A stretch of DNA of 64,000 nt, from NCBI GenBank assembly GCA_050613775.1, contig JBODTK010000152.1:124001-188000 (forward strand), written 5' to 3'. The notes under the pieces were generated by a model, which saw only the letters and a program-made list of their open reading frames with translations, was not told the origin of the DNA and searched no databases. This document shows, in pieces, positions 11,701 to 23,018 of this stretch (position 1 is its first letter; every line of letters begins with the position of its first letter). Source of the DNA: Neocallimastix sp. 'constans' (lineage: Eukaryota). A program made the position numbers and the translations under genes.

Positions 11701-12676
11701 AAACTTTTATTGGAATCATATGATTAAAGATATCAAAAGAATTGTTAGTAATTGTGAAAAATGCCAGTTAAATCGTCCTCAACCATATCCAGAACCAACC
11801 GAAATCCATCCAACTAAAGTGGAGGGTCCCTTTGTGCATTTAGGATTAGATATTATAGGACCGTTACCAAAAACAAGAAATAATAATCAATATATTATAG
11901 TAACTGTTGATTACTTTACCAAATGGGTTGAAGCCGAACCCACTGAAAACATAACTTCCTCTGATATAATTAAATTTTTAATAAACGTTTTTGCAAGACA
12001 TGGTGTGCCTCAAGTTATTACTACAGATAATGGAGTCCAATTCACTTCTGATATGACTAAAATCTTTCTTGATCTTTATGATGTTTATGTAAAATTCATA
12101 GCTACCTATCACCCTGAATCCAATGGTCTCACTGAAAACCGAAATAAAGAAATTGGAAAATTACTTCGTTTATTAGGAAGGAAAAATCAAGATTGGGATG
12201 AAGTTTTACCTTCTGCTTTATGGGCACTTCGAACTACCAAAAACACAGCTACCGGACATTCTAGTTTTGAATTAGTATATGGAAGAGAAGACCAACAGCC
12301 TTATGATATAGCCATAAGAACAATTGAAAATGCAGGTAAATCGTATGATGAAATTTTAATGGAAAAATTTGTTCGTCATTATCAATGGACTAGAGAAGCA
12401 TGCGAAAATGTGAAGAATGCTAACAAGTATTGGGCAACAAGACGAGAAGAACAAATAAGTATGAAAAAAGGAAAAGAATTAAAAGCTGGTGATCTTGTTC
12501 TTGTTAGAAACTTTAGCCGCACTAAGCTAGAACCATATTACAATGGACCATTTAAAATTTTAAAAATTCAATTCAACACGGCAACCTTAATCGATCAGAA
12601 AACTGGGAAACAACTCGATAGGAATGTTCATTTTAAAAATTTAGTAAAGTTTAACTCCGCTTACAGAGAAGCTTGA
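8666..12676 (+). CDS. pol: Pol of G1 (protease-RT-RNase H-integrase), expressed by -1 frameshift
   Basis: LIDSCS protease, FIDD RT, TDAS/ADALSR RNase H, H-H-C-C and DDE integrase, GPF C-terminal motif, no chromodomain. Confidence 0.95.
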   Translation, partial: FKLLNGSRSTPNDKTIASLNNLQNNTFTKNTPIDNNSFNEESEESDFSDTTESEDDIIINAVKRKMNDNNSEKEENNSKKVHKSLKDNPRPFATPALRKKKENELHNKPNKVYKNQILPSILTQPNINKEKQKEKELRNMTRVRESKEENNNYSSKGKEKVESEDILVIDNEIEDLEMNKDNQQNKTNTLEKLISTKTKETNNGNTQLVKRNIKMMNNKEPYNIMDDLNNLKSSITIGQLLNACPKIRSQLTQGLKLEKSKIIGTVDNVIARTLLVNNYDHSYISKSNEVAEEDLAMVDASVDGVLGKLLIDSCSNLSIVTKQYFDKLPGEYETVGKSRGRIQLATQDEEYSEGIIVRLPVKINNYEFNADFRIIEKEDSFYDMLINFKTQIDHCLFIHPTLNSLCKLLSESEYEEIAKINNQYYDEESIICTIRKVEETNNEKEIIKELTPMEFIESDEFLSTLNKDYKEQIIKILKEMIDIVATSTEELTPSKLSPHKIRLKANAKPVKLRSYRLTKLKSDILKEELTKLIKKGLIEPSCSEWSSPVVLILKHNGKWRLCIDYRKVNDMTEKDSYSVPYIDEIFDSLGGAKIFTTLDLFSGFHQILMDEESVEVTTFTTKFGNYQFKVMPFGLTGAPSTFQREMNKILFPFIGEFVYVFIDDVLIYSKSIEEHLIHIKQVLEVFKENKLKINIEKCHFLQTEVDVLGHKLTTKGLSPMESKITAIKKWEAPSSLHELRSFLGAVGYYRDFIPKYAQITSPLCKLLKKNTKYEWNKEQQESFELLKEKLINAPILKFPSFDKPFIIRTDASYNGIGGVLLQKEEETGKEHPIHFISRSLKKAEKNYGITDLEGTALFYCMTKFKSYIEGNPLPTTIYTDHKPLVGLFKNKEPLNARQTRWCLTASMLGINIKYESGKKNVLADALSRMKSKEERKILLTKITNGNNEELLSKVIKEFINEKFTVIDGEDYFIDNGNYRKLITDENERFKLILEAHNIGHEGYYKTYQRLKKNFYWNHMIKDIKRIVSNCEKCQLNRPQPYPEPTEIHPTKVEGPFVHLGLDIIGPLPKTRNNNQYIIVTVDYFTKWVEAEPTENITSSDIIKFLINVFARHGVPQVITTDNGVQFTSDMTKIFLDLYDVYVKFIATYHPESNGLTENRNKEIGKLLRLLGRKNQDWDEVLPSALWALRTTKNTATGHSSFELVYGREDQQPYDIAIRTIENAGKSYDEILMEKFVRHYQWTREACENVKNANKYWATRREEQISMKKGKELKAGDLVLVRNFSRTKLEPYYNGPFKILKIQFNTATLIDQKTGKQLDRNVHFKNLVKFNSAYREA

Positions 12677-13191
12677 GTCTTCGTCGGGGCATCTTGATAA
12701 GAATGTACTAAATAATGCATTCTTAATTAAATCTACGATTTATTTCTAATACATTATGTGTACATTATTATTTTTGTACTTTAATAAATTTTTAAATTCA
12801 AAGATTAAAAATTAGATCAAAAATTATATTAAACTTTATAATTTTTATATTAAATCTTATATTAATAGTAATATTTTTATATATTTAAAACTTATATTAG
12901 CAATATTAATAATAAATCTTATTTTTTTTATATTAATAATGAAAATTTATATTAATAATATTTTTATATATTGATAATTAAAAATTTATATATTATATTT
13001 TAACTTTTTATTATAAAATTTTATATCGAAATGTTTTATTTTATATTGAAAAATATTTTATTTTATTAAAAACCTTTATATTAGAATAGTATTTTTATTT
13101 TTATTTGAATATTTTAACAGATTGTAATAAAAATTATAGCCAATTAAATAAATTCTTATTAGTAATATTTTAGATATTTTTAAATAAATAA

Positions 13192-13234
<43 letters not shown>

Positions 13235-13539
13235 TTTTATTAATATTATAAATGTATTTTATTTATATTGTTATAATTAAATTTTATATAATTAATTATA
13301 AAAATCAATTTAAATTTAATAGTTTTTAAAAAAAAAAAAAATAAATAAAATGTAATTTAGTGGCAAGAACAACTTTTATGCCTTGAAAAAAAGTATAAAT
13401 AGTTGTAAATTTTGCTACTAATTTTTAAATATCATCAAATAAAATCAAATAAATTTATAAATAAAAATAATAAATAAATAAATAAAATTTGTGTTTCCTT
13501 ACTTTATTTTTATTTAATTCTCTAAAACCTTAACATGAG

Positions 13540-14085
13540 TGATGCAGTATTTAAATAAAAAGAGAATATTATCAAGAAATAAAATTAAATATAATAAATA
13601 ATTAGTTAAATTATATATGTATATTATAATAATAAATAGTAATATAAAAATTATTAAATTTATTTAATTAGTTAATAGCCAATAGGATTTAATTTATAGT
13701 AAATTAGAAATTAGAAATATAAAAGAAAAATTATTATAATTCTTTAAAGAAGAGGAGGTTTTTTTTATTTGGAAAAAAATAGAGATAAAATTGGTTAAAA
13801 TAAATATATTTGGGGAATATATTTATTTATCAAAAATTTTAATAGTAATAAGTTAGTTAGAAATAAATAATTAATAAGATCTTTAATAACATTTTATTAT
13901 AAAATTTGTATTACGACATAAATAATTTAAATAAATAAATAAAACGACAAAACTATAATTTTTTTTATATTTTGTTTTAATATTAACGTGTATTGTAATT
14001 ATATATTTTTATATTAGAATATATTTTTATTTAATACAATCTTGCTAACCACAAAAACATTGATACTTATAGAAATAACGTATCA
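13540..14085. mobile_element. Solo LTR of a third family between G1 and G2
   Basis: TGATGC...CGTATCA termini flanked by tgag on both sides (13536-13539, 14086-14089); its reverse-complement start tgatacgtta matches the solo LTR at 52005. Confidence 0.8.
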
Positions 14086-14884
14086 TGAGTAATACAGAAT
14101 GAACAAATAATACTAATTGTGCTAGAATAATATAAATTATTCTAACCTTATAGATTATTCTATTCTATATAATTGGAACTTTCCAATATTCTTCAAATAT
14201 TACTAAATAGAAATCTTAAGTTAATAAATCACTAATTAACTTATAATTCCTTTTTGAATTATCGATCCGATTCCATTATAATGTATTAAAAATCTTTAGC
14301 CAAGAATATTGTCCTTGCCCACTTAATATATTAATATTATATTTCTTTTGTATTATGTTATATTGAAAATAATCAAATCTATTTAATTAGTTATTAAAAT
14401 TTTCGTTATCAATTTAAATTTATTTTTAATTACTAAATTTAACTAAACCACAATAAAATATTCTGTATAATCTCTTTATTTTTATTTTATATATATTAGT
14501 ATTAAACTATTATTAAATAATTAATAATTCAATAATATATAACTACTATTTATAACAATAATATTATTAACTAAAATAATAATTCAATTTCAATTTAAAT
14601 GTTTTATTTATAAAAATAATTAGTAATTAGTTTATTAAAAAAATAGTTAGGCTTTACAAATTTTAATTTGATAAAAAAATATAAATACATGTAATTTTAG
14701 TGAAATAAAATATAATCAATAACTTTCTTTTTATTAAATAAATAATTATATTATTATTTTTCTTTTATAAATTTAAATAAATAAATATTGATTTTAAAAC
14801 AAATTATTTTTTTTATTGTAATTTTATTATTTGTATTAATTATTATTATATTCCTAAAAATATATGAACCATACCATGAAAAAT

Positions 14885-14902
14885 TGGTGGAGATATCGGG
14901 GA
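14885..14902 (+). promoter_or_regulatory. Primer binding site, probably tRNA-Ala (G2)
   Basis: TGGTGGAGATATCGGGGA, identical to the G1 PBS. Confidence 0.8.
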
Positions 14903-15063
14903 ATATAATAATAAATTAATACATTGGGGATAAAATTATAATATTAATAAATAATTTTTCTAATAAAACAAATATTTTTTTAAAAAAGAAAACAATTTTT
15001 ATATTTTTAACTAATTATTATTAATTGTTAAAAATATTAATTAATATTAAATTAAACTAATAT

Positions 15064-15229
15064 TCGTGCATAGATTTCCGGGTTAAGTTTATCCTACATA
15101 GTAATTGGGCTAGTAGGCTCTGGACTGCTATTTTTTATATTGAAAATAGTAACCGTGGCACACGCGTGGCATGACACCTTTCAAGAGGTAAGCTGCACGT
15201 CAGACAGTGTGTACTATCAGATTGCACGA
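15064..15229 (+). ncRNA. Conserved structured RNA element in G2 5' leader
   Basis: Closing stem tcgtgca/tgcacga; internal stems cctac/gtagg and gcacac/gtgtgt; homologous to 7073-7232. Confidence 0.75.
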
Positions 15230-15385
15230 TTATTATAATTTAATAAATGATTAATAATAATAAATAATTAATAATTTTATTAGTTAAAAGATTTATTTTT
15301 TTTAATTTTTTTTTATTTTTACTTTTTTATAACAATTTATACATTACGAGGTTTAGCATTCTATAGATACAATAAATTTTATTTT

Positions 15386-16303
15386 ATGAGAACATCCAGT
15401 ACTTCCAGTACTCCAACAGAGAGTACTCCAGAAAGTAAGCTTAGCTTCAGAGAATTAAAGAAAGAATTAAAAGATTTTGAAAAGCTTACTAAACAAAACC
15501 TTGACATCAACTCCTGGGCAAATGAGTTAAAGGCATGGATAAAATACCAACATATCAAGGATCCTGAAACTATTTTTACTGCTTGTATATTAACGGCTTC
15601 TGGAGAACCAAGAGAAATTATTCAAGAACTAGAAGATGGAAATGACCTTACTGAAGATGAAGATTCTGATTTCGATAGCGATAGTGAAGGAGAAGATGAT
15701 GAAGAAAGTGAATCTACTACCACCTACCCAAGCCTTGATGAAATCATAAATCATCTGAAGACTTTCTATGGACTTAAAGAAGATCAAACCAACTTGTTAC
15801 GAGAATTGCGTTCCATGAAAATAAAGAAGAACGAGAAAGTTAAAGATTTTAATGTCCGTTATAGATCTTTGTACCATAAATTGGATAAAAAGAGAAGAAG
15901 AAAAATTAGTGTTTTAGATTATGCAGATTCCTTAACCAATAATCCTGACGCATGGAGAAAGGTTATGCTTAAAGACAATATTTCTATTACTAAAGCATTC
16001 GCTATAGCTGAAAAAGTTGATCGTTTATCTATTAAAAATAGTACTGAATATTATGATAAGACTCGTTACAATCTCCTTAACTCTAAAAGTAATTTTAATA
16101 AGAACATTTCAAATGATTTTAACAAACCAAAAACCCACAAAAATGTATCTATAGAAAATCTCACTAACAAGATGAAAGAAATGAAAATTAGTACTTGCTG
16201 GTTTTGTAGCAATGAAGGACATACCAAACGAAACTGTCCTAAATTAAATTCTATATTGGAAAATAACCGCAAGAAGTTTTATGAAAATTATTTAAACCAC
16301 TAA
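15386..16303 (+). CDS. gag: Gag of G2
   Basis: CWFCSNEGHTKRNC knuckle; homologous to G1 gag. Confidence 0.92.
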   Translation: MRTSSTSSTPTESTPESKLSFRELKKELKDFEKLTKQNLDINSWANELKAWIKYQHIKDPETIFTACILTASGEPREIIQELEDGNDLTEDEDSDFDSDSEGEDDEESESTTTYPSLDEIINHLKTFYGLKEDQTNLLRELRSMKIKKNEKVKDFNVRYRSLYHKLDKKRRRKISVLDYADSLTNNPDAWRKVMLKDNISITKAFAIAEKVDRLSIKNSTEYYDKTRYNLLNSKSNFNKNISNDFNKPKTHKNVSIENLTNKMKEMKISTCWFCSNEGHTKRNCPKLNSILENNRKKFYENYLNH

Positions 16304-16343
16304 AAGGGAGTAGAAGCACTCCCATCGTCAAAAAAATTGCTTC
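16291..16343 (+). promoter_or_regulatory. -1 ribosomal frameshift signal, G2
   Basis: T TTA AAC in gag phase; stems gggagt/actccc and gaagca/tgcttc; -1 frame continuous with pol. Confidence 0.85.
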
Positions 16344-19300
16344 AGTCTGCCATCGTCCCAAAACAGTTGACTTAAAAGAAGATGATGATTATGAAGAAAT
16401 TGCTGATTTCCAAGAAGGTACTACTACGGATTATTACGAAGATTTTGATGATGAGTCGGATGGTTCCAAAGAATTGGATTACTTAGTAAACGTTATAAAG
16501 AGAAAGGCAAATCCTAAAGATGAAGAGACTAGTGACCAAAGAGGAAAGAGGGTTCACCGTAGTCTAAGAGATGATCCTAAGCCAATAGTTACTCCAGGTT
16601 TACGAAAACAAAAAGAAAATCAATTAAGGGGAACATCGCGACCAGTCAAAAAGCCAACAACTCAATTACATCCTTCGATTATGACTCAACCCAGAATAGA
16701 GAAAGAAAAGAGGATTGAGAAAGAGCTAAGAGATAAGGAAAGAGCTAGTACTAGTACTTCTGTGGAAAATAATAAAAATAGTAATGTTAATATTATTAAT
16801 GAAGAAACTTCTCAGGAAAGAAATAATTCTAAACAAACTTTAAATAAATTAATTCAAGAAAAATCATCAGAAAAATCAACTGAAATTATGCCAACTAGAA
16901 TTCCAAAAAGAATACAAATGCAAACTGATTGTGATAGTTATGACGTGATCAAAGATTTAAACTCCAGTAATTGCAATATTACATTTGGACAATTATTGGA
17001 CGTTGCTCCAAAGATACGGTCTCAAGTATCACAAGGACTTAAATTAGAAAAGAATAATACTAAAATTTCAGGTGCAGTGGATAATATGTGTGCTACTACA
17101 ATAATAACAAACAATATAGATCATACATATAAAAGTAAACATCATGAACCACAAGAAGATGATATTGCTATGGTTGATGTAATAGTAGATGGAGTTCGTG
17201 GTAAGGCTTTAATAGATTCATGTAGCAACTTAAGTATTATCACAAAGCAATTTTTAGATAAATTACCTTATCAGTATGAATCTATAGGAGTTAGTGCAGG
17301 ACGAATACGTTTAGCAACGATGAATGATGATTACTCAGAAGATGTGTTAATCAAAGTTCCCGTAAAAATTAATGAACTAGAACTACTTGTTACGTGTAGA
17401 ATTATAGACAAGGAGGATCCATTCTATGATATATTAATCAACCTCAAAACTCAAATTGATAACCAGTTATTTATACATCCAATTAGATATAGTCTTTGTC
17501 GATTTAATGATCAAGGTTTAATTGAAGAAATTGCACCTATTAATAATGAATATGATGACGAAGAAAAATTATTATGTGTAATCAAAGCATTGAATCACCA
17601 AGAAGCTAAGCAACAATTGAAAACGATTGAAGGATTACCACCCATAAAATATATATATGACACAGTTTTTCAAAGTACAATTAATTCAAATTATAGAGAA
17701 GCTATTGCTAAATTACTTGAAGAATATATTGATATAATTCCAACTTCTTCTGAAGAATTAACACCTTCAGATTTATCACCACACAAAATTATTCTTAAGG
17801 AAGGAGTTAAACCTATTAAACAAAAATTTTATCGACTTAGTAAATTAAAAACAGATATCTTAAAAGAAGAATTAACCAAACTCATATATAAACGATTAAT
17901 TGAACCTTCATGTTCAGAATGGTCATCACCAGTAGTACTTGTGCCTAAAAAGAACGGTAAATGGCGCCTGTGTATTGACTATAGGAAAGTAAATGAAGCA
18001 ACTAAGAAGGATTCTTATTCTTTACCAAATATTGAGGAAATTTTTGATAGCTTAGATGGAGCAAAAATCTTCTCAACATTAGATCTTTATTCCGGTTATC
18101 ATCAAATATTAATGGATGATGATAGTGTTGAAATCACTACCTTTACAACTAAGTTCGGAAACTACCAATTCAAGGTAATGCCCTTCGGTTTAACAGGTGC
18201 TCCAGCTACATTCCAAAGAGAAATGAACCGTATACTATTTCCCTTAATAGGAAAATGCGTCTATAACTTTATCGATGATATTTTAATCTACTCAAGAACT
18301 GAAGAAGAACACCTAGAACATCTTAAACAAGTCTTAGAAATATTCAAGGAACATAAGTTAAAAATCAATATTGAAAAATGTTCTTTCATGCAAACTGAAG
18401 TAGAAGTACTGGGACATAAAGTATCCTCAGAAGGTTTAAGTCCATTGGAAAACAAAGTTAAAGCTATTAAAGAATGGAAGGCTCCCTCTAACATTCATGA
18501 ACTTCGATCATTTTTAGGAGCCATTGGATATTATAGAAATTTTATTAAGGACTTTGCAAAAGTTACTGCTCCTCTCTGCACTCTATTAAGAAAAGGTATT
18601 AAGTTTGAATGGAAAAAGGAACAAGAAGAAAGTTTTAAAATTCTTAAGGAAAGATTAATCAATGCCCCAATATTAAGATTTCCTAGATTTGATAGAGAAT
18701 TTATTATAAGAACAGATGCTTCCTATGATGGAATAGGCGGTGTGCTTTTACAAAAGGATGATGAAACTGGAAAGGAGCATCCGGTTCATTATATTAGTAG
18801 AAGTTTATCTAAATCGGAAAAGAATTATGGAATTACGGATCTAGAAGGTGCTGCTCTAATTTACTGTATTAATAAATTAAAATCTTATATTATGGGAAAT
18901 CCTAAGCAAACTATAGTATATACAGATCATAGACCATTAATCGGATTACTTAAAAGTAAGGAACCACAAAATTCTCGTCATACTAGATGGTGTTTGACTG
19001 TCAGTATGTTAGGAATTGATTTACGATATGAAACTGGAAAGAATAATGTTGTCGCAGATGCTTTATCAAGAATGAAAAATGAAAAAGAAAAAATTGTCTT
19101 AACAACACAAATTATCAAGGAACAAGATGAAAACCTGCTTTCAAGAACCATTAAGGAATTTATTGAAGAAAAATTTACGACAATTGATGGTGTGGACTAC
19201 TTTGTTGATGGCAATAATTATAGAAAATTAGTTACAGATACAAAAGAAAAACTTCAATTAATTTTTCAAGCACACAGTATAGGACACGAAGGCTATTACA

Positions 19301-20293
19301 AGACATACCAACGTTTGAAAAAGAGCTACTATTGGAACAATATGGTTAATGACATTAAGCGAATTATAGGTAAATGTGAAAAATGTCAATTAAATAAATC
19401 TCAACCATACCCTGAACCAACGGAAGATAAACCAACTGAAGTGGAAGGACCATTTATACACTTAGGATTGGACATTATAGGACCTCTAAGTAAAACCAGA
19501 AATAATAATCAATATATAATCGTTGTGGTTGATTATTTTACTAAATGGGTTGAGGCAGAGCCCACTGAAAATGTTACTTCTCAGGATGTGATAAAATTTT
19601 TAATTAATGTATTTGCTCGACATGGTGTACCTCAAATTATCACTACTGATAATGGAACACAATTTACATCAGATATGACAAAATTCTTCCTTGATTTATA
19701 TGATGTATATGTTAAATTTATCACTCCATATCATCCTGAAAGCAATGGTTTAGTTGAGAATCGTAATAAAGAAATTGGAAAATTATTACGATTACTAGGA
19801 AAACAACACAAAGAATGGGATGAAATTTTACCATCTGCACTTTGGGCTTTAAGAACTACTAAAAACTCAATCACCAACCATTCAAGTTTTGAATTAGTTT
19901 ATGGAAGGGAGGACCAACAACCTTTTGACATTGCTGCCAGACCAACTAAAGGTATAAATAAGTCTTCTGACGAAATTCTACTGGAAAAATTTGTATCACA
20001 CTACCAATGGGTAATGGAGGCCGCATCTAATATCAAAAATGCTTCGAAGTATTGGGCTACTAGGAGAGAAGAAAAGACCAGTATGAATCAAGCTAAAAGA
20101 ATAAAACCAGGTGATTTAGTACTAGTAAGAAACTTTAATCGAACTAAATTAGAACCTTACTTTGTTGGACCTATGAAAGTGGTAAAGTAACAATTCAATA
20201 CAGTCACTTTAGCTGATCCTGCTACTAATATACAAATGAATCGTAATGTTCATTTGAAAAATATTGTCAAGTTTAACTCAGCTTCTACCTAGC
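16291..20293 (+). CDS. pol: Pol of G2 with a premature TAA (20188-20190) in the integrase C-terminus
   Basis: Same domains as G1; after the stop the frame continues QFNTVTL...RNVHLKNIVKFNSAST*, matching the G1 C-terminus. Confidence 0.93.
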
Positions 20294-21459
20294 TTGAGTC
20301 TTAGCGGGGGCATCTTAATACAGAATGAACAAATAATACTAATTGTGCTAGAATAATATAAATTATTCTAACCTTATAGATTATTCTATTCTATATAATT
20401 GGAACTTTCCAATATTCTTCAAATATTACTAAATAGAAATCTTAAGTTAATAAATCACTAATTAACTTATAATTCCTTTTTGAATTATCGATCCGATTCC
20501 ATTATAATGTATTAAAAATCTTTAGCCAAGAATATTGTCCTTGCCCACTTAATATATTAATATTATATTTCTTTTGTATTATGTTATATTGAAAATAATC
20601 AAATCTATTTAATTAGTTATTAAAATTTTCGTTATCAATTTAAATTTATTTTTAATTACTAAATTTAACTAAACCACAATAAAATATTCTGTATAATCTC
20701 TTTATTTTTATTTTATATATATTAGTATTAAACTATTATTAAATAATTAATAATTCAATAATATATAACTACTATTTATAACAATAATATTATTAACTAA
20801 AATAATAATTCAATTTCAATTTAAATGTTTTATTTATAAAAATAATTAGTAATTAGTTTATTAAAAAAATAGTTAGGCTTTACAAATTTTAATTTGATAA
20901 AAAAATATAAATACATGTAATTTTAGTGAAATAAAATATAATCAATAACTTTCTTTTTATTAAATAAATAATTATATTATTATTTTTCTTTTATAAATTT
21001 AAATAAATAAATATTGATTTTAAAACAAATTATTTTTTTTATTGTAATTTTATTATTTGTATTAATTATTATTATATTCCTAAAAATATATGAACCATAC
21101 CACTGAGGATTTCGTTACAATTACAAAAATTTATATTTTGTTGTAGTGCATTTCGGAAAACATGGCGTATTATAATGTAATAAATAAATAAATTAATAAA
21201 TTAATTATAAATGACTAAAAAAATTTTTTTTAGAAAATTAAATAAAAAAAAATATAATTATTGTATATATAAAATAATTATTATATTTTTTTATTTTATT
21301 TTAAATATTATTAATTATTATCAATACCTTGTTTATATTATCAACAGAATTACATACGTAATTACATAATTGAATAATTAAAAAAAATAAATATAAAAAT
21401 AGGTTTATAATTAGTACTTTTCATAATATTATATTAAAGTATTAATTTTATAAATTAAA

Positions 21460-21909
21460 ATGTTTAAAAAATTATAAACTGCATTATTAATTGCTACTGC
21501 ATGCATTACTTATGTTTGTGGTATAAAATTGGTTGGACCAGCTATATATTCAGATATATCTCATCTATATTTCCTTAATTCTAGAGATTGAAAAAATACA
21601 TATATATGTAAAGGTTATGGTATTATAAAAAATAGTAATCGTGGATTTTATTACTGTTTCCTCCGTAATTCAGTAGCTAATTATAGAGAAATCCCCGTTG
21701 AAGTATATCTTAAAGATACACAATATAAAAATCTAGATAAATGTAAATGGGTTACTAGACATATAAGTACCAAAAATGGATGTTATTACACACCAAATAA
21801 CACAAGAGGTGGATTTTCATGGAGAGGTTATGTTGATCGTGATGCTCGTGTTTATGATATAGTTGGTAAATACTATCTTACTGAATATGGTTGGTGTTAG
21901 TGTGGTTAA
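21460..21909 (+). pseudogene. Small secreted Cys-rich protein gene (149 codons, 3 in-frame stops) carried inside the MULE
   Basis: MFKKL*TALLIATACITYVCG signal-peptide-like start; continuous frame ...YYCFLRN...DKCKW...NGCYY...EYGWC*CG*; GC-richer than flanks. Confidence 0.65.
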
Positions 21910-22155
21910 ATAAATAAATAATATATTTTTTATAGATTAATTTTAAATTTATTATTAAACTAAATATTATTTTTTTAAAAATTAAGATAATATATAAACC
22001 ATATAAATATATATAAGTTTAACATATATAAAATATTAAATAATAAAGTATATAGGTGAAATAAATATAAAATAAAATAAAATAAAATAAAAAAATATAT
22101 AATAATTATTTTATATATATAGGAATCATATATTTTAATTTTTTTTCATTTATTT

Positions 22156-22193
<38 letters not shown>

Positions 22194-22555
22194 AGTTTTA
22201 TTAACGTTTGTCTTTTAATTATTATATTTTATTATAAAAAAAAATAAATAAATAGTAAATAAAAAAAATTAAATAAAAAGTAAATAATTTTAATTATTTA
22301 TAATTCATATTTTCATAAACGATATATATATATATATTAATTTAAATAATATAATAATTAAAAATTAAAACAATAAGAGTTAAATAATTGTTCCTATTAA
22401 AATAATTAATTATTTGGGTAGTGATATTTATAATGTTTGATCAATATGAATCAATTATTATTAAAATATAATAATAACAATTTGAATTTTAATAAAATAA
22501 TAAAAATCTTTTATTGAATTTAATATTTTTAATAACATAATTAATTTTGAAAAGT

Positions 22556-22805
22556 ATATTGATATTAATAAAATTTATAATTATATAATATTGATATTGA
22601 TATTAATAAAATTTATAATTATATAATATTGATATTGATGTTAATAAAATTTATAATTATATAATATTGATATTGATATTAATAAAATTTATAATTATAT
22701 AATATTGATATTGATATTAATAAAATTTATAATTATATAATATTGATATTGATATTAATAAAATTTATAATTATATAATATTGATATTGATATTAATAAA
22801 ATTTT
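22556..22805. repeat. ~40-bp tandem repeat x6 downstream of MULE transposase
   Basis: Unit atattgatattgatattaataaaatttataattatataat; related units at ~37000-37125. Confidence 0.9.
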
Positions 22806-23018
22806 AACTAGTATCAAATATATCGGTTTTAGTTATAAATTACTTAATAAAAATAGCTAAAAGATAATTTCTATTAAGATTATTAAATAAACACAATAGG
22901 TAAATAAATTTGTATTTTTTTAAATTAAGATTATTTAATTATTATTTAAACGATTATAAATATAAATTTAAAATAAATAAATTTGTATTTTTCTAGCATT
23001 TTTTTAAATTAAGATTAT

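Larger units (their letters stand above)
5537..13535 (+). mobile_element. Full-length, apparently intact Ty3/Gypsy LTR retrotransposon (element G1)
   Basis: 841-bp LTRs 5537-6377 and 12695-13535 (TG...CA, identical by eye); TSD tgag; PBS; intact gag and pol. Confidence 0.97.
14090..21102 (+). mobile_element. Full-length Ty3/Gypsy LTR retrotransposon (element G2)
   Basis: 787-bp LTRs 14090-14876 and 20316-21102 (TA...CA, identical by eye); PBS 14885-14902; gag and pol; ctgag at 21103-21107. Confidence 0.96.
4905..21119 (-). mobile_element. Solo LTR (~644 bp when reconstituted: 4905-5536 + 21108-21119) carrying a tRNA-like cassette; host of three stacked Gypsy insertions
   Basis: TGTAAC...GTTACA termini; 5-bp TSD attac (4900-4904 / 21120-21124) inside the MULE TIR; homologous partial copy at ~51820-52612. 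Confidence 0.85.

Noticed and set aside
22556..22805. 40-bp repeats as CRISPR or iterons
   Set aside because: Simple AT-rich minisatellite without spacers; a similar one occurs in the other MULE
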